Shown here: positions 1 through 12,327 of the stretch, one piece after another
How the letters are laid out: each line of letters opens with the position of its first letter
Position numbering within the stretch: position 1 is the stretch's first letter
Source of the DNA: Octopus bimaculoides
Taxonomy: Eukaryota
Direction: 5' to 3'
Assembly (NCBI RefSeq): GCF_001194135.2
Contig: NC_068998.1
Location: 51,981,744 to 52,045,743 of the forward strand
DNA: 64,000 nucleotides
Notes under the pieces: generated by a model
Database searches by the model: none
The model's input: the letters and a program-made list of their open reading frames with translations, nothing else
What the model was told of the DNA's origin: nothing
Position numbers and translations under genes: made by a program

Positions 1-780
1 GCCTCTTTGGTAAGATTTTGCATTTTAACTGGTGTACGAAAATGTCAGAATATGGAAGTTGATTATTCATATGATGTTGATAGACAAATGAATGATCTAC
101 AGTTAATGTTTTGTTGCTAATGTTTACCCTTTTGTTTTCCCTGACCAGATAGACTTATAATTAAAGAGAGTCAGGCCTTGACCATCCTCCCTGTTTTTCC
201 TTGAATATCTTATCTGGAGAACCGTATCACCAAATGTATTCTTTTTTTTTTTATATATGTTACAATGATAGAATGTTATTTCAAGGGTGATTTCACTTGT
301 TATTATTAGCTGATAAAGTGACTGGTTACATAAAGCTCCTGTATTAAGAGTTGGTGATTAAGAGATAAAAGCTCTTAAGCATTTTACCCACCCACATCTG
401 TCCCAAATATTCTATCCATTTCATATTGAAACTGGTCAGATCCAGCCTCCCACACATACCCTACAAAGTCATTCTAAAAACAAACAATCACATCATTGAA
501 ATCTTAGAGCTATGAGCTATGAATGCATGATTAATTCAAAGCAATGTGAATACATAAATATTATATTTGACAGAGTAATTTCACTGTTAAAGGGTTGAAA
601 TAGTCAGCCAAATGTTAGATTTCTTTGTTACAGCATTCTGATGAGATCCCTTATGTATATCTGTAAAGTATTTTGGCTGAAAGTTTAATGCAAGCAATTC
701 CTAGTTTATATATCTATTTCATTTATGCTAAGATTATTTCTTCAGTTAATATATTTTGTTGCTGACTACTTTTAATTTCT

Positions 781-1472
781 CCAGCTATTCAGTCTCCTTT
801 TTAATTCACAATACCTTTTTGTTATGGTTTCCATACGTCTTCCAAATATTTATTTCAATTTTTGTCAGTCATTATATCATCCTTATTTAATATTCTGTTG
901 AATATTCTGGAGCTTCTTTTAAATAAACCATTGTTTCAAAGAAGCATTCCTGTTTTTGAAATTGCTTAATTCATTGTCTTTATTGAGATTTCTTGTATTA
1001 ACCCATCTCTTATTTCTGTCACTTCCTCTTTCCCATTGATGTTATATTCACTAAATCTTTCTATTCATTTCTTTATTTTAATAATTGAGTTTCCTTTATC
1101 TAGTTCAACCAGTATTGATAGTTTCTTTCTCTTTCTATCTTCCTTCACATCACTTTTTTGTTTACTGCGTTATCTGCAAATGTTCATTTAACCGTCGTTG
1201 AACAATGTTTTTTTGCCTTTTCTTTTAGTTTTGTTTTGCTTTAATAATGACAATCATCAACTGAATGACTGAACTATTTAACTGTTTTGAACGATGTTAT
1301 TTTCCTTTTATGAAATCTATCCAACATCATTGTTATAGTTCTCAATGGTTTCTAGTGTTTTGTTGTTTCGTTTAACCTTTTTGACACCAGCTCGTACCTG
1401 AGACCATCTCTCGTTCAATGATATGAAACTTCTTTTAAAGTATTCATATTTAAATTCTAAATCTTCCATCAT
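781..1472 (-). mobile_element. Degenerate non-LTR retrotransposon ORF fragment, R4/Dong-like
   Basis: The A-rich minus strand reads LSILVELDKG...EYNINGKEEVTEIRDGLIQEI...NNGLFKRSSRIFNRILNK...KYLEDVWKP with stops. This resembles the pre-RT region of R4/Dong elements (QNxLFxxNxxxFYxxL...FWxxIW) as recalled. Confidence 0.4.
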
Positions 1473-1640
1473 AACTATATATAAGTTTTTTTTTGTTATA
1501 TTCCAAATGGCATAAGGACTTCACTTAGAGGATTGGCCCTTGATAATTATCCTCCAGATATTTGTACCCATAAGACAACTACCCACAGAAAATTGACCCC
1601 ACTTTCTACATCAGACAACGGTCCCAGAAAATTGCCCCTT

Positions 1641-1696
1641 TACACAATTAGCTTTACACAATTAGCCTAACACAATTAGCCTAACACAATTACTCC
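1641..1696. repeat. 14-bp tandem repeat x4
   Basis: Units tacacaattagctt / tacacaattagcct / aacacaattagcct / aacacaattactcc. Confidence 0.85.
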
Positions 1697-2234
1697 TAAA
1701 GGACAAATAACCTTGAATAATTCCCTTCATAGGACAACTGTCCTGCCCTTGAATAGCTGCTCCTTGCACAATTTCCCTAATAAAGAGAAAGTAGAACTAT
1801 GAGCATGCAAATACTTACGACTAATTACCAGTTATAATAATTATTAATTATACTATTATTAATTGTTGTAATTATCAATTATTGTATTTTTGTATAGCTC
1901 ATAATTTGCGGTTTTAGTAACATAATTATAGCAATGGTGTGGTGGCAATTGATCTTTTTATGAAACAAAGAAAATTATGTTTCCATTGCTTTTTCAAATT
2001 GCTGATGTTATCTGTCGGTCACAACTCTTGGACAAATAGTGTCCCATGTGGGAAGATTGTCTTGAAGAATTTTAGTTGAACAAATAACACTCGTTAATTG
2101 GTGGTGAGGGAACAAACACAGAAATCAATCTCTCTGATACACATATGTGTATACATATATATATGTGTGTGTATGTGTATATGTGTGTGTCTATATATGT
2201 GTGCATATATGTGTGTGTGTGTGTATATATGTGC

Positions 2235-2279
<45 letters not shown>

Positions 2280-2685
2280 TAATTTTCTTATGAAACACAT
2301 AGTGTAGAAGTACTCAAGTCAAACCTGCTCCATTAGATAAGTATAGTGGATAGAATGGAAAAAGTTCAAATCAGGCTGTCTACGATTAACACATGCATAT
2401 ACGGGTTTAATTAGAATAAAATAAAGATTGTCTGAACTGAAACATATATTGATACATTAAAGATATAAAAAATATACATGGCCATATAGATATATAGATA
2501 TATAAACACACTAATAATACAATATAGACAAAAATAATAGTGGAATATAGATAAAACAATGTTTTAAAAAAGAATTTAAATATGGTATAGTAATAGGCAT
2601 TAAAAAGAGTTTTGGGTTACATGTTAGAAGAAAGGCTTTTAAGACAGAAATAATTCATTTTAAATAGTGTTAAAATTTGGTAGCT

Positions 2686-3100
2686 TAACTCTTTTGTTAC
2701 CATATCTCTGTTGAAATGCTCTCCCTTACTTTCAATTTATTTTCAAAATAATGAAAAATTTAGTGCAATAATTTTGTTGTTTCATAAGAACTTAGAACAT
2801 AAATCAATATGAAATTTTGATGGATGGTCTTAGTTTAGACCACTTTAAAACTAGAAGTTTGAGTCATAAAGCCAGAAGCGTTCTCAAGCAGCTTAATATC
2901 ATATGGTTTAAACCTCTGGTTCTCCGATAGAAAATTTCAGTTTTAAAGTGATCTATTATGAAATTAAAACCGTCCATCAAAATTTTATGCTAATTTGTGT
3001 TCTAAACACCATCTTAATAATGGCAAAGTTATTTTACTAAATTCTTTAGTTTTTTTCAAAATTAATTGAAATAAAGGCAGAATATTTCAACAGAAATATG
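2686..3100. mobile_element. Two head-to-head copies of an AT-rich TTAA-ended MITE (family F), forming a palindrome
   Basis: The left copy starts ttaactcttttgttacc. The right copy is its reverse complement (aaagtgatct...ccatcaaaatttt...ttcaacagaaatatg). Other copies near 17089-17275, 30466-30690, 34250-34460 and 63830-63980. Confidence 0.7.
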
Positions 3101-3101
3101 A

Positions 3102-3147
<46 letters not shown>

Positions 3148-3150
3148 TTT

Positions 3151-3375
3151 AAGGCAGCAAGCTCGTAGAATCGTTAGTACACTGGATGAAATGCTTTGTG
3201 GTATTTTGCTCGTCACTACATTCTGAGTTCAAATTCTGCTGAGGTCAACTTTGCCTCCCTTCCTTTCGGGGTCAATACATTAAGTACCAGTGAAACACTG
3301 AGGTCAATGTATTCAACTGGTCCCAAGCCCCCAAATTTCAGGCCTTATGCCTATAGTAGAAAGGATTATTATTAT
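3151..3375 (+). mobile_element. tRNA-derived SINE family B
   Basis: Starts aaggcagcaagctcgtagaa, has B-box-like gagttcaaattc, and ends in an (ATT)n tail. Many copies in the window. Confidence 0.75.
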
Positions 3376-4418
3376 TATCATCATCATCATCCTCACTTTG
3401 GTATCAAGACTTCAAAATAATTTTGAGCAACGTTTCCTATAACAATCTGATAATCCTCTCCAAGAAGTTGAAATGATTTGCCTTATATTTACTTAATGTT
3501 ACTCAATGGTAAACTAAGAAACTCTATAAGATTATGTAGCTCTTGCAGACATCAGTTTGTTTGGAAATGAACTCATTTAAAGAAATACTGAAATTTTGTC
3601 TTTCATACAAGATTTTTCTTTATTTTCTTCATAATTTCATGTATTCATTTCTCTTCAGTATATTCATTCATAATTTCTGTAATTAAAATTAGACTTAGAT
3701 TTAGTCAAAGCATTTTTTTTTATCAAATTCACTTATTATGTAGATGAGTTATAAATAGCCACCAATTTCCATCACTGTGTGGAAAAAAAAGATGTTCCCC
3801 ATTTTTCAGGTATTATTTTATTCCAAGGCAAATTTCACACTGTTTTTCACAAACCATTATCAGTTTAGGACAATCAATAACTTTTACTTATTGGAAAGTT
3901 ATATATTTCTCTTTATATAACGGAAATAAGAGTTTCTTTTCCTCGTTTTTCGTATTTAATTATTTATATATTTTGTGGCAATGATGACTCCTTTTGATTG
4001 GCTACAAGACCAACTTTTCTTTGGATGCAGGCAACAATGGTTGGTGCCAAGCTGGAAGTATCAATGGGAGAGTGTCGTTAGCTGTCTAGCTTTTACTCTG
4101 TGACCATCCCTGCTAAAATTTGCCACACCTTCTCTTGAATTTCCTGAGAAAAGCAGTTTTAGTTTACAAACATTTCATGTGATAAACAGCCTTCAGGAAC
4201 AAATTAAATTCATAAACTGAGGTTCCATCATAGAGACGAAATGCTCAATCTGTCATCAAGAGATAAAATAATATATCAAATACTTTTTGGTTTCTTTTAC
4301 TTGTTTCACTCATTAGACTGCGGCCATGCTGTGGCATTACCTTTTGTGGTTTTAGTCATGTAAACTGGTCCTTGTATTTTATGCATTTTATTGACCTCAG
4401 AAATGGTTGAAAGGTAAA

Positions 4419-4815
4419 CAGGTGCAGGTGTGGCTGTATTGAAAGAGGTTTGCTTCCCAACCACAAGGTCCTGAGTTCAGTTTCACTGTATTGTAACTTG
4501 AGCAGGTGTCTTCTACTATAGCCCTGTGCCAACCAAAGCCTTGTGAGTGGTTTGGGGTGATGGAAACTGAAAGAAGCCCATTGTGTATATGTATACATAT
4601 ATGTGTGTGTATGTGTTTGTTTGTGTTCATCCCCCACCCTCTCTTGACAACAGGTGATGGCTTTTTTCTCATCTTTGTAACTTTTTTACAGTTTTACAAA
4701 AGTGATCAATAAGTACCAAACTTAGGATATAAGTACTAACTTGTTTGGGATAAACCTTTCAAGTTGATGCCCCAGCATGGCCAAAGTCCAGTGACTGAAA
4801 CAAGTAACAGATAAA
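4419..4815 (+). mobile_element. tRNA-derived SINE family A, near full length
   Basis: Colinear with the 47027-47466 copy: tRNA-like head, central TA/TG microsatellite, and 3' ...ccagcatggcc...gactgaaacaagta. Confidence 0.75.
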
Positions 4816-4849
4816 AGATGTGAGAGACATAGCTGAATGTAAACAATTG

Positions 4850-4985
4850 TTGTAATTGGCACTCCGTCGCTTGCGACGTCGACGGTTCCAGTTGATCCGA
4901 TCAACAGAACAGCCTGCTCGTGAAATTAACGTTCAAGTGGCTGAGCACTCCATAGACACATGTACCCTAACCACTGGGCCATTGT
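4850..4985 (-). mobile_element. SINE family D, 3' fragment
   Basis: Reverse complement of the 3' end of the 15208-15550 copy (gtgctcagccact...gatcggatcaactggaacc). Confidence 0.7.
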
Positions 4986-5827
4986 GCCTCCACCTTCCGC
5001 ATTGATTTTTTCATAATGATTGCTAATAATACACATGCATGCACATACACACACACACACACACACACTTCTGACAGGCTTCTGCACAGTTTCCATCCAG
5101 TGTATTTCCCCAATTTATTCTAAAAAGGAATTTACATGCCCAAGCTGCTGTGAAGAGGAATTGAGCCTTGACTCATGCGATTTATAATGCACACTTCTTA
5201 ATCACACAAAAATGTTCCATAGACATGCAACTATTGTATTTTACTGGTTTGAATTTTAATCAGTCTTAATTTTTAAATAGATTGAAAAATAATATCACGA
5301 AATTATTTCTGCTATTTATCAAAATTAACATCAATAACTGACGAGTGAAACCTTCTTCATTTGAACAGATTTAAAGCTATTTAAGAAGCTATTAACAAAA
5401 TTGAACATTTTAAATTAGATACTAAAATGTTTACTAAATGATATTAGTTCTTCTAAGCATTAATCAAAAACAACAAAAGATAACAAAGCAGGTTCACTGA
5501 CAAGATTTGAACCACATATCTATTGATTAGCAAGTGACTGCATTATCGATTACACAGTACCCTCAATTTCAACTCTAGTTTAGAAAATAGGTTTCTTTTA
5601 ACTAACTTATTGTTTTTCTTTAAATTCTCTATTTCTTGTCTTCTATTAGAAAGTTTACTTTGGGTTTATTGAGAAAGGAAGAGAGAATATAATACAAATT
5701 TATTTTAAAAAAAACAAACTATTGACATTGAAATATATATATATATATATATATATGTTTGTGTGTGGGCATGTATGTGTGTATATTTGCATGCATATAT
5801 GTGTCTGTATGGATATATACATACATG

Positions 5828-5880
<53 letters not shown>

Positions 5881-6808
5881 NNNNNNNNNNNNNNNNNNNN
5901 NNNNNNNNNNNNNNNNNNNNNNNNNNNNNNNNNNNNNNNNNNNNNNNNNNNNNNNNNNNNNNNNNNNNNNNNNNNNNNNNNNNNNNNNNNNNNNNNNNNN
6001 NNNNNNNNNNNNNNNNNNNNNNNNNNNNNNNNNNNNNNNNNNNNNNNNNNNNNNNNNNNNNNNNNNNNNNNNNNNNNNNNNNNNNNNNNNNNNNNNNNNN
6101 NNNNNNNNNNNNNNNNNNNNNNNNNNNNNNNNNNNNNNNNNNNNNNNNNNNNNNNNNNNNNNNNNNNNNNNNNNNNNNNNNNNNNNNNNNNNNNNNNNNN
6201 NNNNNNNNNNNNNNNNNNNNNNNNNNNNNNNNNNNNNNNNNNNNNNNNNNNNNNNNNNNNNNNNNNNNNNNNNNNNNNNNNNNNNNNNNNNNNNNNNNNN
6301 NNNNNNNNNNNNNNNNNNNNNNNNNNNNNNNNNNNNNNNNNNNNNNNNNNNNNNNNNNNNNNNNNNNNNNNNNNNNNNNNNNNNNNNNNNNNNNNNNNNN
6401 NNNNNNNNNNNNNNNNNNNNNNNNNNNNNNNNNNNNNNNNNNNNNNNNNNNNNNNNNNNNNNNNNNNNNNNNNNNNNNNNNNNNNNNNNNNNNNNNNNNN
6501 NNNNNNNNNNNNNNNNNNNNNNNNNNNNNNNNNNNNNNNNNNNNNNNNNNNNNNNNNNNNNNNNNNNNNNNNNNNNNNNNNNNNNNNNNNNNNNNNNNNN
6601 NNNNNNNNNNNNNNNNNNNNNNNNNNNNNNNNNNNNNNNNNNNNNNNNNNNNNNNNNNNNNNNNNNNNNNNNNNNNNNNNNNNNNNNNNNNNNNNNNNNN
6701 NNNNNNNNNNNNNNNNNNNNNNNNNNNNNNNNNNNNNNNNNNNNNNNNNNNNNNNNNNNNNNNNNNNNNNNNNNNNNNNNNNNNNNNNNNNNNNNNNNNN
6801 NNNNNNNN
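5881..6808. other. Assembly gap
   Basis: N run. Other gaps are at 19646-20185, 29785-29937, 35657-35666, 42195-42995, 44646-44655 and 50998-51284, mostly flanked by (TA)n. Confidence 1.
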
Positions 6809-8937
6809 GTATAGCACCATTATGAGTTTAAATCTCTTGCTCTGTTTCCGGCAGGAAATTGTAATACTAGCAATATAAATTAAATTGTTACAATGTGTTA
6901 ATAATTCCATCTATTGCCATAAATGTACATTTTATGTAAAATTACTATTCCATTGTCATCCAATATTATATGTTTAAAATAAAAGGTTTTTATCATTATT
7001 ATTATTATTATTGATATTGTTGTTGTTGAGAGATTATATGGAAAGCTTCTCATACAGTAAACGTTCTATAATGTCTCTTTTCTGAACATTTATTTCTATG
7101 AATGAATTGTTAAAACTAGAAAATAATAATAGTATTTCAAATCTTGTTTTAATAACAATCTGATACTCAAGAAAAGGCTTGTCTTTTATAGATATTTTCC
7201 AAAATTAGTTTGATGGATTTCACATAAATTATTATTCAATAGTATTAACATCTAGCTTGTTTTTGGGGGGTTTTTTTTTGTTAGATATTGAAAAACATAA
7301 CATTTGAAGGTTTTTAAACTCTGTGGTTATTCTAACAACTGGACACAAAGAGGTACCGTGTGGATAGATTAGAGAGAATTGTTATTTTACAGGTTTCAAT
7401 GATTAAACAATGACCATACAATGACCATACAATGACCATAGGCACAGGAGTGGTTGTGTGGTTAGTAGCTTGCTTACCAACCACATTGTCCTGGGTTCAG
7501 TCCCACTGTGCAGCACCTTGGGCAAGTGTCTTCTCCTATAGCTATGGGCTAACCAAAGCCTCGTGAGTGGAGATGAGACTCTGATAGAAAACATTTGCCT
7601 ATGTGCTTACCTTGGAAGTGAACCCAGAACCACTTGCTCTGAACAACCTTCTTAATTACACAGCCATACCTGACAACATGTGCCAAGATAAACACAAAGG
7701 TGTGTGTATGTGTGTGTGAGACTGATTCATAACATATGAAATCATGTCATTCTCTTCTGTGTTTGTTTTTATTTTATTATAATTATTTCTTTTTTATTTT
7801 TATGGAACATGGGAATGACTAGAAGTTTTAATAATATTAGTTTAATGTGAAACAATTTATGGACTGACTTAATGCTAAGATTCACTTATGGGAATTTAAA
7901 AAAACAATCTAATAAACTAGCCATAAATAAGATAATTTTCAATATTTTCAACTTGAAATTATTTTGATTCTTAACAAAAAGATTTGATGATAATATTTGT
8001 TTTGTTTTTGCTGGGTGTTTTTGTTTTCTTTGATTTGATGTCATCTTTGTAAGCAACATATATACATACATACATGTATAACACCTTAGAAGCAGTTGAT
8101 AAAATCTTAATTTACACTAATGAATGTCTTCTGATGAATTAGAAAATCATTAAAAATAAACTCTAATTTACTAAACTTCTTGGGATTTTATTTTCTAGAA
8201 AAATGGTTTTAATTCCTGAAAGCAAAATTCCTTACAGAATTTAATAGTTAGCTAGTGTTTTAAGGTGTATTTTGCTTTGTACTTTTAAACTGAATCATTA
8301 AGTCTGGTATCTTCTGGCTAGAGAATAACTAAATCTTGCTTATACAATACAGCAGTCATTTTTCTTTTAACTAACCCAAATTATAATTCCATGTTAAGAT
8401 TGCTCTGAAAAAAGAAAAACCTGAATAAGATGCATTTCTGTTGTTCATTGTTGTTGCCTAGGTTACATATAATAATATTATTAGCAATGCTAGAAGGAAG
8501 GAGAAAAATAAATAAAATTAAAAAATCTTAAGAAATTTGAAATTAACAAATGGATTACTATGAATCTACAAACTCATTCTTTTAACTTCCATAGCTGGAA
8601 TGAAAATGGTATGAAAGAAGTTTTCCAACATCAAACAACCCAAAAAGAAGGTTACAAGAAACAATCACATTTGTATATGTGCATGTTACATAGATTACTA
8701 ATTTACAGTGGTTATAAAATGCATATTTCATTACATTCTGAAAGCAAATATATATAATCAGTGAGTTAGGCCATGTAGGTAGCACCAACCCCCAACTCTA
8801 CAACTCTACATTTCAAATTATATTTTGAAACTCCTTGGTTATCATTCTCAACTACACACCATCTCAATATATCAAATCATATTGAGATATAGAAAAATAA
8901 GATTTGTTTTCCATTTTGTTTACAATGTAAGATGATA

Positions 8938-9123
8938 CATTATCTACATTTGACGGATATTTATCCTCATCTTGTTTGTTGTTAACACAACGTTTCGGCT
9001 GATATACCCTTCAGCCTATATCAGCCGAAACATTGTGTTAACAACAAACAAGATGAGGACAAATATCCGTCAAATGTAGATAATGTAAATAATGTACATA
9101 ATTCCTCATCTCTTAAATATAGA
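8938..9123. mobile_element. Palindromic insertion of the hammerhead-bearing family, with a 14-bp TSD
   Basis: 70-bp inverted arms at 8937-9006 and 9017-9086 with 2 mismatches. Tail at 9087-9123. Direct repeat aatgtaagatgata at 8924-8937 and 9124-9137. Confidence 0.9.
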
Positions 9124-10770
9124 AATGTAAGATGATATTGGACATTACAAGAACCAATACCAAAAACTGTCCTACCGGCAAGGTGGCTTCTTGTTCTTTC
9201 ATCTCTCAAAATCTTAACATTGAAGAACAGATTTCCAATCAAAGTTTTCCAACCATGACTCTTCGGTTATATTTTCAAACTGTCTTTTAAGGGGTACGTT
9301 GGCTGCTATTTCTTAATGATTGAGTGACCTTGTGGAGACACTTTGATTTAAAACTCTCTAATACTTCAGACCCACTATTGGCCTTACTTTGGCCTACTTT
9401 AGTTTCGTACTCATTGAATTCAACATTTATATCCAACTAAAAGAGTTTAGTACAAAGTAATTTATTTTTAATTAATTTGGATGTTTCAAAAATTACAAAG
9501 ATTTATTTTGCCCATATATGACTACATTTTCTATAACATTCACCCAAACCAAAGATAAATCTCATTTGAGATCCTTAAATAAGCCACTACACAAGACACA
9601 AACGTAAACAGGACTTTGTAAATCTTAAACAGATTACTCCATTTGGCTGAAGTTGAAAACGAAATTGAAAATTTTGTAATATCTGCAGTTATTTAAGAAA
9701 AAAAAATTGATTGAAAATATAAATGATGCTCTGTTCAAATTTTGTATCGTAGTTAATTACATTCAAGTAGTCAACAGGCAACATCCTTTGTAATTAAATG
9801 CAAATATTTACTGTTGCCTTATATTGATGTCATAGTGATATTAAAAGAAGGAAATTTACCGTTTTGTTATTGTTGTTGTTGTCGTTTTCTAATATGTTAC
9901 AAATTGTAAACTTTAATTTTCACTTAGTAATTGGAGTTTCTTTAATTCTGAAAATTCTAATGAAACATTTGATTCCATATATTGATCTAAGAATTTCAGA
10001 ATTGATACTTATTATTTTTTTAAATTTTCTTGAAAGAAATAATTAAATGCTAGTGATTTTTATGTAGAAGATTTTTATTTTCCATTTATTTTTTTCTTCT
10101 TTTTTTTTGTTTTTTTTTTTGCATGTTGGCATGTTTGCCAATGATGAAATACAATAAAATCTTGCTTGAGTTTCATCTGGTTCATGTCAAATTTAACTGC
10201 AATAAATATTTATCATTTCATTCACTTTTTAAAAATAGATTCGAATTAAAGTTAAACTCATTATCCAGATTCAACTCTCAGTCTCATCTTCATTGTTTTT
10301 AAACTGATTGTTAATTCTAACAATAGATTCGGTTGCTACAGCTTTGTAGCTTTGTTTTAACAAGAAAATTTTCTCAGAAATTAATTTCATCTGACTCTTC
10401 CAAAACAACTTATTTCAAGGATTATTTTGGAAATACAAAATACACAGTCTAAATAATATATTGTGTAGATTGTTTTCTTTAAGATTATTACAGATTTAAA
10501 TTTTGTAATTAGTGTTTTTAAATTATTGAGATTTTACAAATGTAAATATATCGACATTTGCTGCTGCTTTGCATCCATCTATGCACTGCGTATAATAGCA
10601 GCTTAATCTCCTCCCAAACTATCCCTTCTCACCCCTGCCTTTGCACACTCAAACACATCAAGTGTAAAAACACCTCCAAACACTTCAGACCAACAAGGAA
10701 ACCAACTCTGGTCATCCCACATTTATTTTCATCAAAAGAATATGCCCAGAGCTCAACCTTGATGTCAATA

Positions 10771-10804
<34 letters not shown>

Positions 10805-10807
<3 letters not shown>

Positions 10808-10940
10808 GCTCCAGTCAACTACGTTAAGGGTACACATGACTGTGGAGTGCTCAGCCACTTGTACATTAATTTCACAGAGAGGTTGTTCCAATGATCGGAT
10901 CAACTGGAACCCTTATCATTGTAACCAATGGAAGACCAAT
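10805..10940 (+). mobile_element. SINE family D, 3' fragment
   Basis: gggtacacatgactgtggagtgctcagccact...gatcggatcaactggaaccc matches 15440-15550. Confidence 0.7.
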
Positions 10941-11102
10941 TAGTTATATATACATATGTAATTTATTAAAACATGTGACATATTAATAAAAATCTGTCAA
11001 TGTACAGCCATCCAGATCTCTGAGTACCTTATTATTTTTTCTAGTATATAATACCTGTACATCATCTCCAAACCTAATATATATATATATACATATATAT
11101 AC

Positions 11103-11161
<59 letters not shown>

Positions 11162-11699
11162 CATATGTACATATATATGTATATATATATATACACATAT
11201 GTATATATAAATGTTCATGGGTGTAGTTAGATACTTCTTCACACAACCCAAGAAACACATTTTCATTCAACAACAATGACAACAGTCACACAACACCCAT
11301 GCAACAACAGGAATCGAACCCACATTCTGATGATCATAAAGCCAATGCCCTAACCACTAGATCATGTCTTTACAATATTATTGTCCATTCTTATATAACT
11401 GGAACTGAATAACATCAACTTACTGAGGTGTTACATTTTATATTGAATGGCTTCAAAGTTGTTAATGCAAACATTGATTTCTTTGGATGTAATTTTAAAT
11501 GAGTTTTTATTGTCACGAAAGACTCAGACTTTAATCAATTTCCTCTCTGTAACTCTTTTATTTCCACAGTCCTACATATTGACGTGCACTAACATTATTC
11601 TCTGATTTAAAGGTGGTTTTGGTTGCACACACAAAACCATAATAATATAGCAGTGTCACAATGCTAACCATTGTTTCTTTTCTTTTTTTTTCCTTCCAG

Positions 11700-11938
11700 G
11701 GTTCATTCAAATCTTCTCTGAGAAAAAGAAAAAAGGCATCATTAAAAAAGAAGAAAAATAAAGATGAACAGAAAACTTTTATTGTGAAGTCCATTCCGTC
11801 ACCGACAACTAAACCCCTTTTGGTCTTTATCAATCCAAAGAGTGGAGGAAACCAAGGGGCCAAAATAATGCACAAGTTCTGTTGGTTACTCAACCCTCGG
11901 CAAGTCTTTGATTTAAGTCAAGGTGGCCCCACATTTGG
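11700..11938 (+). CDS. DGKZ: Type IV diacylglycerol kinase exon: MARCKS-like basic region/NLS and start of the catalytic domain
   Basis: Acceptor ttccttccag|G and donor GG|gtaagc. Translates [79 protein letters not shown](G). The [15 protein letters not shown] and LNPRQVFDL motifs are typical of DGK. Phase 0 to 2. DGKZ and DGKI co-orthology cannot be separated. Confidence 0.95.
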
Positions 11939-12027
11939 GTAAGCATAGCATTAACATGTATTTACATTTAATAGGATTTGGGGAGATTTTCCTTTTTTTC
12001 TTTTTGATATTTAAAATGCTTTTCCTT

Positions 12028-12327
12028 TACTTGTTCCAGTCATATTAGATTGTAGCCACGCTGGGGCACTGCCTTGAAAAATTTTTAGTTAAATGGATCA
12101 AACCCAGTACAAATTTCTTTTAAAAGCCTGATACTTATTCTCGTGATCTCTTTTGCTGAACTGCTAAATTGCAGGGACATAAACACATCAACAGTGGTTG
12201 TCAGGCAATGATAGGGGACAAATACAGACACAAAGACTCACACTTGATTAAAGTGCCATGCAGTAAAACTGAACCAAGAATCATGTGGTTGGGAAACAAG
12301 CTTCTTACCGCACAGCCACGCCTGTGC
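12028..12327 (-). mobile_element. SINE family A copy lacking the central segment, about 90 bp downstream of the first visible exon
   Basis: Reverse complement has the head (gcacaggcgtggctgtgcggtaagaagcttg) and the 3' end (ccagcgtggctacaatc...gactggaacaag). Confidence 0.65.

Noticed and set aside
8595-8608. Possible 14-nt micro-exon (ccatag|ctggaatgaaaatg|gtatga)
   Set aside because: It is not a multiple of 3 and has no homology support. Such sites occur by chance in AT-rich introns.
1-11699. Upstream DGK C1-domain exons or a promoter
   Set aside because: No Cys/His-rich exon or PPxWI motif was found, and there is no basis for a promoter call. They may lie upstream or in gap 5881-6808.
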